A stretch of 64,000 nt of DNA from Eledone cirrhosa (GCA_964016885.1 OZ024758.1:9548001-9612000), one strand, 5' to 3'. Positions 12,999-26,341 are shown, counted from the stretch's first letter. Made by a program: numbers and translations. The notes: generated by a model not told the origin, from the letters alone.

Positions 12999-13782
12999 AT
13001 AATGGTTTCTTTATTGGCCACAAGGGCCAACAGGAAGAAAAACATTACAGACAGCACAGAACAGTACAGTACAAATAATAATAGAAATATTAGAGAACAT
13101 ATACTACAGTAATCTTATTGAATATACAAGTATACATTAGATTTAGCTATGTATACATATGATAGCTACCAAATCTCCTTGTAATAGGAAAAATATGATG
13201 GAAAATTGTGGTAGCATGTAATAGCATTGGCAGTGGTGGAAGCTGTGGTGTGGTGTGGTGTTAATATTTAATGCCAAACCCTTGTGTAGCTCTATTTGCT
13301 TTAGTAGTTAGAAGTAGACATGGTGCAGCTCATTTAACTGCAACATAATAAACATTAGAATTCATAAACTTGCTTCATTATTATTATTATTATCATCATC
13401 TTTTGCCAAATATACTGCATTGCAAGAATAAATATAAAATAAAAGTGAAATAAAGTGAAATATTTAATTTCTATTATTTCTTTAGTTCTAAATATGAAAA
13501 CTCTCTTTGAATTTTATTGAGTAGGAAAACACAATTATTAATGAAAAATGAAAAGCCTTGCATAGAAAATGATTTTATATGAAATAATTTTCTGACATAT
13601 AATTCTTTTCATCATTCTCATCATCATTCTCATCCTCCTCCTCCTCCTATTCTGTATGTTCATTGAATTAATGTGGCTGAGTATTCCACAGATAGGTCTA
13701 ACCCCACCTCTCCCCCCTGCTCTCCCTTGATGTAATCCTAACTCAGAATTAACAAGACACAATCTAATGGATTTCCATGTAG

Positions 13783-14490
13783 CTTCTTCTTCGTTTTTCT
13801 TCTTTGTCTTCTTCTTCGCCCACGTATTCCTGAGAGGATCATGGAGGCAGATTCCTCAAATGCTTCCTCCAGCAGATCCTGTCAGAAGAAGCAACCGTCT
13901 CCAACTGATCAACCATCTTGCTTGGAGTCTAGCCTTGGGTCTCCAGTCGGTAGGTTTTGCATGTAAAATCTGTCCAGCGATTCTTTCCTGAGACATTCTA
14001 ACCACATGCCCATAGTATCTTAGCTGTGATCTCTCAATTCGGAGAAGTAGCAGCTCTACCTGGATCTCTGAGCTACGCACTCTATCAAGTAACATGATTC
14101 TAAAGGCCCTTCGAGGAATCCCATTTGGTTGCTTGTATACGTGATCATATTGTTTTGGTCATTACCCAAGATTCATGACCATAGGTAAGGGGTGGCACAA
14201 ATATTGAATTGAAGATAGCGAGTTTCGCTTTTACACCTACCTCACTTTTTCTGATTACTGTATGCTGAAGCTGGCACATTACTGCACCAGCTCCTGCAAT
14301 TCTTGCACTTAATTCAGCTTCCTGCCTTCCATCACTCATGAACAGTCTCGAGATACTTGAACTTCTCTACCTGCTTCAGTGGAACTCCATTCACATGTAG
14401 AGTGCACTGTACAGGCTTCCTTGAGAGGACGAGTGTCTCAGTTTTTGCAGCACTGATTTTCATTCCAGCCATGCAGCACTCATCATTGAA
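13783..14490 (-). pseudogene. RTE-clade (Expander/Rex3-like) LINE ORF2 3' fragment with (GAA)n tail
   Basis: Reverse translation GMKISAAKTE...QVEKFKYL...PPLTYGHESW...RSQLRYYGHVVRM...RWL with frameshifts; simple-repeat tail at 13783-13817. Confidence 0.85.
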
Positions 14491-15546
14491 ATTAACAGAC
14501 ATTCAATAGGTTTGATGCTGAGTTGTTCGATCGATAAGATTAACATGTGACTGAGTTTTACACAAACACATGTACTGCTAATGTAATTCTCAGAGATTTA
14601 GCATGACAAAGCTTGTGACAAGGTTGGCTTTTTGAATTACAAGAACATTTCATCTCCAAACATTTCCAAACAGTTCCATCTAGTCATTTCAATGGATTGA
14701 CTTGGCATTATAATAAATAACACTTGCCTAAGATGTCATGCCATGAAATTGAACCTGGGACCTAATGATTGCAGAAGCAAACTTATTGACCCTTCAGACA
14801 TCTGGTCGCCATCTTCATATTTAGGCCACTCTCACAGAAAATTTACTGGGAGACAGCACTTCAATGTCTAGTCTCACTTATTCAAGTGCTACTTGAATAA
14901 GTTGATGCAAGCTTCTGATGAAAGATGCTGCCTAAGAATTTCAAATAATTGTGAAAATAATAAAAAGTTTGGATGGATTTAGTAATATAATTTTCTGGAG
15001 TTTGGAATATAATTTAACATAGAGTTATTATGGAAGATTTTTTAGATAAATAGAAACTTTAAAACAAATAGTTTTGTGTCATAGAACCAGGGGTGATATC
15101 AATAAGGGGGAAACACTTCCACAGGGTTTTTTTTATCTACAGTTCTTCAAAATTATGTGATGCGCATGAGACTTAAGTGTGTAAATGGACATAACTTTAA
15201 ACCACAATATTGCCCCCTTCATAAAATATCTTTTCATCATTTTTTTTCTAGGAGAACCAAACTCTAGATATTTGATCAAATTTTACATTCATGTGTGCAT
15301 ACATATACAAGCACAAACTCACACACACACACATTAATTATACATTTATATATGTAAATATATTTATTTGTGCATGCATATTTAACTCGCATATATATAT
15401 ATATATATATATATATGTAGCAGTTCTATTTAAATTGTTGGGATACAATAAGCAAATATTTTTATAACTGATATAAAGCACTCAACAAATTATTGGAGTA
15501 AAAATACGATATTAACAAATGGAAACTATATTTATAAAACCATATT

Positions 15547-15611
15547 TATTTCATTATACATATTTCAAGGACACCAAGTTAAATTATGGTGTGCTTTCAT
15601 CAGATAAAATA
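15547..15611 (-). ncRNA. Minimal type I hammerhead ribozyme
   Basis: Reverse strand: UAUUUUAU-CUGAUGA-AAGcACACCA..UGGUGUcCUU-GAAA-UAUGUA-UA-AUGAAAUA (stem I, core, stem II, GAAA, short stem III, UH). Confidence 0.75.
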
Positions 15612-15727
15612 TAATATAGAGCAGTTTTATAAATAAATATTGACATACCCTTAAAGAATGCGACCATCTTCCAACAAAAATTCTTTAAGGGTATGTCAAT
15701 ATTTATTTATAAAACTGCTCTATATTA

Positions 15728-15898
15728 TATTTTATCTGATGAAAGCACACCATAATTTCGCCGAGGTTGACTTTGCCTTTCATCCTTACGGGGTCGATAA
15801 AATAAAGTACCAGTAATGCACTGGGTAATTGCTGGCCTTGTGCCTAAAGTAGAAACAATAATTTAACTTGGTGTCCTTGAAATATGTATAATGAAATA
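15728..15898 (+). ncRNA. Hammerhead ribozyme with a SINE inserted in the stem II loop
   Basis: Same motif as 15547-15611; 5'-truncated SINE A at 15759-15857 with TSD ATAATTT (15752-15758, 15858-15864). Confidence 0.65.
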
Positions 15899-15960
15899 AA
15901 TATGGTTTTATAAATATAGTTTCCATTTGTTAATATATCGTATATATATATATATATATA

Positions 15961-16151
15961 TAGGAACAAGTATGACCCCGACGGCAGAGCTCAAGCCGTT
16001 TCGACGGCTATTTGAGTCCAGAAATAGCCGTCGAAACGGCTTGAGCTCTGCCGTCGGGGTCATACTTGTTCCTATTACCCACTCTACTACCCTAAGTGTT
16101 GAGTACTCTGGTGCGTTATGGTCCATCTGGTTCCTTACCGCTATTCATTCG

Positions 16152-16153
<2 letters not shown>
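15961..16153. mobile_element. Hairpin element D
   Basis: Perfect 53-bp arms (15961-16013 / 16022-16074), loop GAGTCCAG, about 80-bp conserved tail, flanked by (TA)n. Confidence 0.8.
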
Positions 16154-16189
<36 letters not shown>

Positions 16190-16325
16190 TAACATTGACA
16201 GCATGATGATATTGATATCTGTCTCTCTCTCTCTCTCTCTTTGATAGCAGAGAAAACAAACATTTTATGATAATGCTGATACGTTAACATACATATATAT
16301 GTCTCTCTCTCTTTCTCTCTCTCAC

Positions 16326-16369
<44 letters not shown>

Positions 16370-18970
16370 GATCCTCATCCAATTTTTTCTTTCCATGCTA
16401 GAATGATTTCTATGTTTATAAAAGAACGTTGGTTATTTGTATGAATTGTTTGAGAGATATTTTACACCAGAGTGCTTCATTCTAACAATAATCATGAATT
16501 GAGATTGGTTTTGTAGTAACATGGCAACAAGACTGGTATCTAACCTTTCCAATAGGAAACTTAAAGTTGTAATGAATCTGCTAGGGTTTTTGATGTCTCA
16601 GCAAGGGTCAAAGACCCAACCATAAATGCTACTTCACCGTAAGCCAATGTGGAAACCCCAACATGTGTTTGACCTGCTAAAATAGCAGCAAAATTTACTT
16701 CATTTCCTCTCCCCCAATCTTAGAAAAGGCAACTTTTGAATTATGTGGTCTTGGATTTCCTCGACATAGAATAAAATATGGGATGGTCACTACTGGAGTG
16801 CCTTTGATCGCGAATCTCCTAGATCAATTCTTACTAAACAGCAACATGAACTATCAGGTCTCTACATAGTACTTGACTTGCTAGAAGTAGCATTCAAATA
16901 TCCTTTGAATCCCTGTATTTTCTTACAAAATGGAGGTATACGTTGAGTAATGTATTCCTAGATATGTATGTATATATAGACCTGTAATTCGCAGTGGAGT
17001 CATTGAGGTGCCAGCATGTCTTGGCTATTTAAAACTTAGCAGAGCCCATCCTCTCTCCATGTCTGAATGTAGCTGAATGTTTCTTCCAGAGAAAAGGAGA
17101 GAGTGAGTTAGAAAGAAATATAGAGGAAAATTGAACCCCAGTAGTGGACTGGTTCTTTTTTATCAACCTTGAAAGGATGAAAGTCAAAGCTGACCTTAGT
17201 GTGTTTTGAACTCATGTCATTATCATAAATCCAAACAAACCTTTAATATAAATACTCTTAGTCTATCTACAAATTAACTGATTCATTTTAGAGAGGTCTC
17301 AAATCTTTTCCCAAGATCAGTGATTTTTTTTTTTCCAAATGTGTTTGATCAACAGTGCACTAAATAAGGGGCTAAAAGTGTTATGATCGCCTCCACTACC
17401 CATCAGCTTTTTAAAAGTTTTATTATATAAATGTGGCTATTAAAACTGATTTAAAACAGAATCGGGTGCATATGTTTCATTTTGCTACAAAAAAATACAT
17501 ATGCACCAGCGTGGTATATTAAAACACTCAAGTTTCCTAAACATTGTGGCATTTTTTATCATATCTCAAACTCTTGTGGTTCACCTGTGAATCATACATG
17601 GCAGTGTGATTGAAAATAATTGCTTTAGATAAACAACTTTTAATTACTTTTGGATGGCATCATCAACTATCTTTTATATCGTACATAAAATAGAATTGAC
17701 TAAATTAAACAATGACACAGTTGGTGAATTGGCAGGGCAGAGACACTAAGGTGTATTTGATTACAACGCTTTGAATTCTGTGTTCAAATCTTGCTGAGTT
17801 CAGTTTTGCTTTTCATCCTTCTGGGGTTGATAAAATGAAGAACCAGTTAACTGGGTAATTTATTATACATTTCTATAAAGCATCCTAGATGTAAATTCTG
17901 ATACAATTATGATAGCAAAATCAATAAAATAAATGTGATGGAATAATTTTCAAGTCTCTATCTGATGTTTCATTATAATATTTTCATCAATTTAACATTA
18001 GATTTCTCTGATCAATAAATAAACATTTGGTAATGGTCAAATCATATTTCACAACACAAATAAATGATTCACTAGTGACCATTTTGTATTTGTACAAAAT
18101 AAACTACACTAAATATACCCTAGAATATTGTAATTACCTTTGATGTGGTTTAGTCTTAATAGTAAAAAAAAATCTAATGTACATTTATTCTATGATATGT
18201 AGCAATAATGTTGTGGTCATTTTTAGATGTTAATGTTCAACAAAATTGATGTATTTCTCATAAATATTCCATCCCTACAGTTCTCTTTGTCCAAATGTTC
18301 ATTTAATCAGCTGTTAGTTTGATTAAATCAATTGCACATTGATGGTTGATGTAAGCTGGTTGCCTTGTCAGACTGTATGTTCAAACATATGTTTATTGTT
18401 TAAAGAGTATAAATTATTCAAAGATCTTTGTTGAAGAAATCCCTTTCAATCATTCTTTTTTATGTTATTAATAAAAACAAAATGTATGTATGATCAATAG
18501 TGTTATATGAGTTGATGAATTAACACAATCATTATAGTATCAGATGACCATGCTGTATTTATTCTGGTACTCTGCATTGTTAGTTCGAATCCCACTGAGA
18601 TCAGTTTTGACTTTCAGTATTTTTGGGTGGGTGGGAGTGATAAAGAAAGTGTCAGTCCAGGGCAGTGGGTTGGCTGATTTGTTAGGACCTGAGAGGGCAG
18701 GGTTTGTAGTATTTGTTTAAGTTGCCTTTTTAGGTTCCAATGCTGTATTCCATCACCAGCCTCCTTGTAGTAAGACCTCAAATGTCAGATGGAGTGATGT
18801 GTCAATTAAAGAAACATCCTGGTCACATAAAGTCAAGAGGACGCTGCACAAAGTGGGTTAAACAGGGAAAAGCGGACGTAAAATGATGATGATGATAATA
18901 ATAATAATTTTCTATACTATACACCATGCTTCAAGCAAACTACATTCTATCATATATATATATATAATGT

Positions 18971-19315
18971 GGAGGCACATGGCTTAGTGGTTAGAGCATT
19001 GGCCTTGCAATCGAAAGGTTGTGAGTTCAATTCTCAGACCGGGTGATGTGTTGTTTCCTTGAGCAAGACACTTTATTTCACATTGCTCCAGTTTACTCAG
19101 CTGTAGAAATGAGATGATAGGGACTAGGGTCCATATCATTCCACTGCAAAGTGGTCGTGGAGGTGCCACGGCAATAAAGCACCCAGTACTCACTGTAAAT
19201 GAGGTTGGTGTTAGGAAGGGCATCCAGCTGTAGAAATCAAGCCAAAATCAGTTCCTGTCCTACCCTTGCAAGCAGGGAAAAGTGGACGTAAAATGAAATG
19301 ATGATGAATGATGAT
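18971..19315 (+). mobile_element. SINE family B, full length
   Basis: A box TGGCTTAGTGG, B box GTTCAATTC, central domain, AGGAAGGGCATCCAGCTG segment, (ATG)n tail. Confidence 0.85.
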
Positions 19316-20137
19316 AATATTCTAAGAAACAATAATCTCTATTAGTAGATATTGAAATAAATATCCAATTAAAAGTACCCAAGCATTAATTAATGTTTCG
19401 TATATCCAGTAATTAATGGAAAAGAAAGGAAAATTGAAGACTCATGTCTGTTTGGATGTACTTGCTTTTCATCCCACACTAATATAAGCACATGCACATA
19501 TATAATGTATGTATGCATCTGTGTGTGTACATATGTATATTTTAGTGTGGACATCAAGATGGATGTGAAATGATGATGATGATGATGATAAAGCATCTAG
19601 TCCACATTGTAAAGTGGTTGTTTTGGTGTCACGATAAAAAGCACTCAGTCCACACTGTAAATGTGGTTGTCATTAGGAAGGGAATCCAGCCATAGAAACC
19701 AAACCAGAATCAGTTCTATATGAGCAAGACACAGTCACCTGATCTGACTTTTCTCAAATGGGACAACTCGTCTAACCCATGCTAGCATGGAAAAATAGAT
19801 GTTAAACGATGATGATGATTATGATGATATATATATGTGTGTGTGTGATATTTGCATTAGTATTTCATTGTGTCCTATTTCAATTTTTTAGTTAATCTCT
19901 AACTAAAATACGTTTAACAATGTACATGTTTGCCTGATATAAAAGTACTTTGGTTGAGTTAAGATTTACATTATCTGTCTGATAATTTATAATATTTTCA
20001 TCTAAGTCACCCTCTTAAAGTATATAACAGTAAAGGGAACCAGAGCTAATGAGTTACTCAGCAAAGCTATCAAAATAGCAGTGAAATCTCCCTCAAATTA
20101 AACCCTCTTGTCTACAAAAAGGATACATTATATAATA

Positions 20138-20308
20138 TACCAGAGTAGGCTGAAAACTTCATAGACTAACTATGAAGGAGTGATACTAGGGTTGTGAAAT
20201 GTTGCATGCATTATGTTGAAAAATAAACCTCATTTGGTCATTCCATGAGAGTATTTTGGTCAGCCTATAGACTTTTCAGGCCAATGAACTTTTCAGCTGG
20301 CTCTCGTA
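20138..20308. mobile_element. Tc1/mariner-like MITE
   Basis: Same TIR family as 12619-12812; TA ends. Confidence 0.7.
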
Positions 20309-20659
20309 TTTTCATCTAAGTTACCCTCTTAAAATATATAAGAATAAAGGGAACCAGACCTATAGAAATAGCAGTGAAATCTCCCTCAAATTAAACTCTG
20401 CTGTCTTCAAAAGTAATACATCGTATAATATATAGTCCTAGATATGTAATACTTTTTGAGAAGGATGGAGTGGTCATAGCTGGAATATTTTAACCATTTG
20501 TCTGTTCAGTCAGTTTCAATATAGGGTTAAACAAATACATCAATCAATTTAGGTAAGACATTAGTGTACATTGAAGCAAACATTACACAATGGCTTCTGT
20601 CATATTTCTAACTGAATTCCATTCAGTTATATAACAAAGACCCATAAAATACCCCCCCC

Positions 20660-20925
20660 CCCCACTAAACCTGCCAAGATTTTCAGACTAAGTCAGAACC
20701 TCGGCAGACTTAGGCTGTATGTTTGCAATTGTTAGTGAAGTTCTTTTGTGGGGATCCCCCTCCCCCACAAGGAAGAGCTAGTAGAGGATGACAAACCAAG
20801 AGTCTGTATCAAGCAGATTTATGATGGCATAAACTGAAATCCCGCTGACCTGCCGAATATAATGAACAATAGAATTGGATGGCAATAAAGTTATGAGAAT
20901 CCATTCAAACAGTGCAACCTCCCCA
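20660..20925 (+). pseudogene. RTE-like LINE C-terminal relic
   Basis: Translates as IVSEVLLWDP...GRASRG...CIKQIYD...DLPNIMNNRIGW, matching the RTE C-terminal pattern. Confidence 0.55.
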
Positions 20926-20932
20926 CAGCCTA

Positions 20933-21306
20933 AACTAGCATCTTTTAACCTTTTTACCCCTGTGAAACTCTTGAAATAGTTTTCATGTCTCGGGGGAACC
21001 CCTGCATAAAAATGATTATATACCATTATGTGGATTGGCAGTATCGGTAGAGGGTCGGACGCCATGCTTTCCAGCATAGTTACGTCCCTTTACGATCTGA
21101 GTTCAAATCCCGCCGAGGTTGACTTTGCCTTTCATCCTTACGGGGTCGATAAAATAAAGTACCAGTAATGTACTGGGTAATTGCTGGCCTTGTGCCTAAA
21201 GTAGAAACAATTATATACCATTATAGTTATCTAAAAGCTTATTTATCACCATTTCCCGCAGAACCCCTAGCGACCTCTGTGGGAAAACTGGTTAAGAAAC
21301 ACTGGC
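20933..21306. mobile_element. hAT-like MITE containing a full SINE A
   Basis: Right end GGTTAAGAAACACTG typical of hAT MITEs; GGAACCC motifs. Confidence 0.45.
21030..21209 (+). mobile_element. SINE family A, young copy with 15-bp TSD
   Basis: TSD ATTATATACCATTAT at 21015-21029 and 21210-21224; B box GAGTTCAAATCCC. Confidence 0.9.
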
Positions 21307-21352
21307 CTAAACATTAGTACAGTAAAGATTTGGAAAAATATGACAAAAATAA

Positions 21353-21919
21353 TCTAAAATGGTGCTGACATGTTTCTAAAATGGTGCTGACATGTTTCTA
21401 AAATGGTGCTGACATGTTTCTAAAATGGTGCTGACATGTTTCTAAAATGGTGCTGACATGTTTCTAAAATGGTGCTGACATGTTTCTAAAATGGTGCTGA
21501 CTGTTACTAAAATGGTGCTGACATGTTTCTAAAATGGTGCTGACTGTTACTAAAATGGTGCTGACATGTTTCTAAAATGGTGCTGACATGTTTCTAAAAT
21601 GGTGCTGTCATGTTTCTAAAATGGTGCTGACATGTTTCTAAAATGGTGCTGTCATGTTTCTAAAATGGTGCTGACATGTTTCTAAAATGGTGCTGTCATG
21701 TTTCTAAAATGGTGCTGACATGTTTCTAAAATGGTGCTGTCATGTTTCTAAAATGGTGCTGACATGTTTCTAAAATGGTGCTGACATGTTTCTAAAATGG
21801 TGCTGTCATGTTTCTAAAATGGTGCTGACATGTTTCTAAAATGGTGCTGACATGTTTCTAAAATGGTGCTGACATGTTTCTAAAATGGTGCTGACATGTT
21901 TCTAAAATGGTGCTGACAT
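21353..21919. repeat. 22-bp minisatellite, about 26 copies
   Basis: Unit CTAAAATGGTGCTGACATGTTT with TGTC and GACTGTTA variants. Confidence 0.95.
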
Positions 21920-22325
21920 AATGCTTTAGAAGAAAATATTGTTAACTGGATTTAATAATTAATTAAGTTAGTGTTAATGTATTTAATGCTTGGAACATTA
22001 AAAAACCATAGAATTAATTATGCAGTGAAGACAAAAATCAATATTAATCAGTATAAACATGTATTCTGTACTTATTGAAAGAATCATTATGTAAATATAA
22101 AGAAAATTGTATGTTAGTTGGTGTCTCTGAATTAATTAATATCTGAATAATTCTGTTCTGTCAAAAAATATATATAAGCATTTGCGTAGCAATGCATCCA
22201 TCATTATTTTGGCAACTACAGTGAAACCTATGTTTTGTTAATGTGTTCAGAATAAGACTGAAACATACCCTGAGTTGTCTTTTGTACTTGGCTGGGAAAA
22301 TGAAAATAATATTAGTTATTGACCA

Positions 22326-23250
22326 GGTGGATTGGCAGTATCGGTAGAGGGTCAGACGCCATGCTTTCCAGCATAGTTACGTCTCTTTACGGTCTGAGTT
22401 CAAATCCTGCCGAGGTTGACTTTGCCTTTCATCCTTACGGGGTCGATAAAATAAAGTACCAGTAATGCACTGGGTAATTGCTGGCCTTGTGCCAAAAAGT
22501 AGAAACAATTATTTTGTTTATTTTCCAACTGTGAATTAAATAACACTAGCTAGCCTAACTATTGTTGTTATTAAGTCTTGTATGTTATTACTCATCTTAA
22601 GTTATTACTAATCTTAAGGGACGGATTGGCAGTATCAGTAGAGAGTCGGTCAACATACATTGTAGCATATAGTTATGGCCTTTGATGTTCTGAGTTCAAA
22701 TCCTACCAAGATTAACTTTGTCTTTCATTCTTATGTGGTTGATAAATTAAAGTATCAGTAACGCAGTGGAGTCGATTTAATTGATTTTCCTTTCCCTAAA
22801 AATTGCTAGCTTTGTGCTTAAATCAGGATCCATTATTATTATTAGAGTGGATTGGCAGTATCGGTAGGGGGTTGGACGCCATGCTTTCCAGCATAGTTAC
22901 GTCCCTTTACGATCTGAGTTCAAATCCCGCCGAGGTTGACTTTGCCTTTCATCCTTACGGGGGTCGATAAAATAAAGTACCAGTAATGCACTCTGGGTAA
23001 TTGCTGGCCTTGTGCCTAAAGTAGAAACAATTATTATTATTATTAGAGTGGTGGAAAAGCAGTATAGGTAGAGCATCAGACAATATGCATTGTGGCATAT
23101 AGTTATGACATTCTGAGTTAAAATCCCACTGAGGTCAGCTTTGTCTTTCTTACTGTGTTGATAAAGTACCTGTAACACACTGGGATCAATTGACCCCCCC
23201 CCCCCCCCCCCCCGAAAATGCTGGCTCTCTGACTAAATCAAAAACCATTA
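22326..23250 (+). mobile_element. Cluster of 4 co-oriented SINE A copies
   Basis: Copies at about 22326-22512, 22618-22845, 22847-23045, 23047-23250. Confidence 0.85.
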
Positions 23251-24354
23251 TTAAATCTTGTTCCAGCAGATTCTAATGTCCAGTAGTATTCAAGTGATGA
23301 CCACATACTTAATCTTTGAGTAGATTGTGTATTTAGAAATATATTATCCATTATTCTCCTTGGAGCTTGCTGGTCTTGGATGATCTCTAAACATATTTAA
23401 TATTCCAAACAACTTAATATTCTTAAATAGTTGCTTTATTAAATCATTCCTAATCCTTCATTGCTTTGAAAATTAATTGAAACATAGACATTGTAACCTA
23501 TAGAATTTAATAAAATACTTTATATTAAATATCTAATTAAATACTCTTCAGCCAAAGTTCACCAAATTACATACTGTCTATAAGACTTTACCATATTTCA
23601 ATTGAAATACTCTATCCATTGAAAATAAACCCAGAATGTGGAATGATTTAGTAAATTAAGTGACCTTTGCATCATTAAAATGAGGTTGATTTTTTTATTT
23701 TATTTTTATTTATTTTTATTTTTTTTTCATATTTCCATTTTAACAAAGATTCTGTTATTGATGTGAACTGATATATTTTGTATTTTTGATGGAAAATGTC
23801 TTGATAAAAATATTCTTAAGCACAACTAAATTGTTAAAATCTTTAACCAAGGAAAATGGTATTGTTTTAAAATTTTGCTTTTAGTGAATATAATAAAAAA
23901 AAAATGATATTGCTCTTAAGTTTTGCTTTTTAGTATTAGAGATAATGCTATGTCATGATAAAATACACTCAGTACACCCATTGCTTCATGGAACTTAGGC
24001 ATACAATAATGAAGAGTTCTGTTCATATGTATTTAGTCTCATTGTAAAATTAGACTCTGTGAAGTATTTTTCATCAGGATTAACTTAGCTGCTTTTTGCA
24101 TGCAAATGGGCTGTGCTTGGAATGATTTTGTTTATATTTTAATAAGTTGTCTTTTCATACTAGCCTCCAGTATTTTTAGAAATAAATATAGAACAGCAAA
24201 ATGATTCAGCTTAAGCTCATCCGAAACTGCTGGAAATACCCTCATGGGGTTCAAAATTGCAATACTAATTAATACATATGTATATGACACCATCTGTTTA
24301 TTCATTTACAACCAACACATTGTATTGGTACCTTTGCTAATTAATTTCAATATA

Positions 24355-24945
24355 TATGAGGGTTGACTGAAAAGTTCATAGGCTGACCAAAATACCCTCA
24401 TGGAATGACCAAATGAGGTTTATTTTTCAACATAGTCTCTGGAAAGAAACAATTTAAAAAGAACTGAAATTAATGCATGCAAGATTTCACAGCTTTAGCA
24501 TCACATCACTCCTTCATAGTCAGCCTCTTTTCAGTCCACCCTTGTAGTTATCTTCTAGCTTATATCACACTCTGGTTGACTTTCTTTTTTATTCTTCCAA
24601 AATCAATTAATTCCAGTCATGTATTGGAATGGATTCATTTTATTATATTCCTTTTGTCTTTCTCTCAATATGACATGTCATTTAAGATACATTTATACAG
24701 CTGTATACTAGCGGTTTAGAATGCATACATTGTATTCCTGCTTGTCATAAGAGGCAACTATGAAGGTCGGCTGAAAAGTTCATAGCTGACCAAGATACTC
24801 TCATGGAATGACAAAATGAGGTTTATTTTTCAACATAGTCCCTGGACTATTAAGAAGAAGAGTTGAAATTGAAGCATGCAAGATTTCAAATCTCTAGCAT
24901 CAATCCTTCATAGTCAGCTTATGAACCTTTCAACCTACCCCCATA
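24355..24945. mobile_element. Two Tc1/mariner-like MITEs (24355-24546, 24759-24945)
   Basis: TA-TGAGGGTTGACTGAAAAGTTCATAGGCTGACC ends, same family as 12619 and 30149. Confidence 0.75.
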
Positions 24946-25084
24946 AATGGGCTGGCACCAGGATGGGCATTCTTCTCTATAACCTTGCCTCAAAAATAAC
25001 CCCATATTATGAGTTCCATAAAACTAAACCATTGCTTTAGTGTGTGTGTGTGTGTGGGTGTTCTTCAAAGGTTTGTTGTTATCA

Positions 25085-25353
25085 TCATCATCATCATCAC
25101 CGTTTTACGTCTGTTCTTCCACGCTAGCATGGGTTAGACGGGTTGTCCTGTTGTGGGCAGTGTCTGGTCGGCTGACCATGCCTTGCTCATACAGGAACTG
25201 ATTTGGCTTGATTTCTACAGCTGGATGCCCTTCCTAACACCAACCTCATTTACAGTGAGTGCTGGGTGCTTTTTCCGTGGTGCCTACATGTCCACTTTAC
25301 AGTGTGGGCTGGGTGCTTTTTTGCCGTGGCACCTCCACGACCACCTTGCAGTG
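25085..25353 (-). mobile_element. SINE family B-related, partial
   Basis: (CAT)n tail, CAGCTGGATGCCCTTCCT and internal repeat units. Confidence 0.75.
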
Positions 25354-26003
25354 GGAAGGTGTGGGGGCATATTGTCTATATGATTCAGCTTGTACCAGGA
25401 TGTTATATTTAAGATAAATTGTGGCTGATTATACACAGCTCCTATCCAGTATTCAGGCCTCTCCTTGATTAAGAAACCTTTCATTGTTGAGATTTGTCCT
25501 AGTAGTTGGCCTCAACTTCATGTGTATACAGCTTGATATCCGTTAATTAATAAAGTGAAGGTGCTTCTTTCATTGACGTTTAATTTGTTTCCTGGTATAG
25601 AGAGACAGCCAATCATTGTATCCTTCTTCTTATAATTGCTACTTGTAGACAAGAGTAAAGACCAATCACTCTAATTAGATTAATTTCAATCACCATTTCT
25701 GTATAATAGCCATACTTATATTTACAATGGAACCATAAAAGTTTAATGTGACCTAAGTGGAGTTTCTTTTTACAGAACAAAGCCATTAATCAGACAAGTG
25801 GCGTTTCTCTGAAATTGGTGGCTCTGTCAGAGACTCGTTGAATAACAAAAACGACAAACTGTCAAACTGTATCCAGTAAACTTCAATTAAAACTGGTTGA
25901 AGTAGTTTAGTCGAGAAGTTGGTGCCAACTTCCCTCTCCTATTTATGCTCTCTAGATCTTTAATCTCAAATCCATAAGACCTAACTAAAATATAGTTAAG
26001 AAT

Positions 26004-26341
26004 GGAGGCACATGGCTTAGTGGTTAGAGCATTGGCCTTGCAATTGAAAGGTTGTGAGTTCAATTCTCAGACCGGGTGATGTGTTGTTTCCTTGAGCAAG
26101 ACACTTTATTTCACATTGCTCCGGTTTACTCAGCTGTAGAAATGAGATGATAGGGACTGGGGTCCATATCATTCCACTGCAAAGTGGTCGTGGAGGTGCC
26201 ACGGCATAAAAACACCCAGCACTCACTGTAAATGAGGTTGGTGTTAGGAAGGGCATCCAGCTGTAGAAATCGAGCCAGAATCAGTTCCCGTCCCACCCTT
26301 GCAAGCAGGGAAAAGCGGACGTAAAATGATGATGATGATGA
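26004..26341 (+). mobile_element. SINE family B, full length
   Basis: Near-identical to 18971-19315. Confidence 0.85.

Larger units (their letters stand above)
15417..15942. mobile_element. Non-autonomous Penelope-like/retrozyme-like unit with inverted arms
   Basis: Arms about 15505-15659 and 15680-15942 are reverse complements apart from a SINE insertion; each carries a hammerhead motif; flanked by (TA)n. Confidence 0.65.

Noticed and set aside
14876-14902. Perfect 12-bp AT-rich hairpin
   Set aside because: Single occurrence, too short for a pre-miRNA, and plausible by chance or local fold-back.
18971-19040. tRNA gene candidates at SINE B heads
   Set aside because: A/B boxes run directly into SINE bodies and there is no proper acceptor stem; these are tRNA-derived heads, not tRNA genes.
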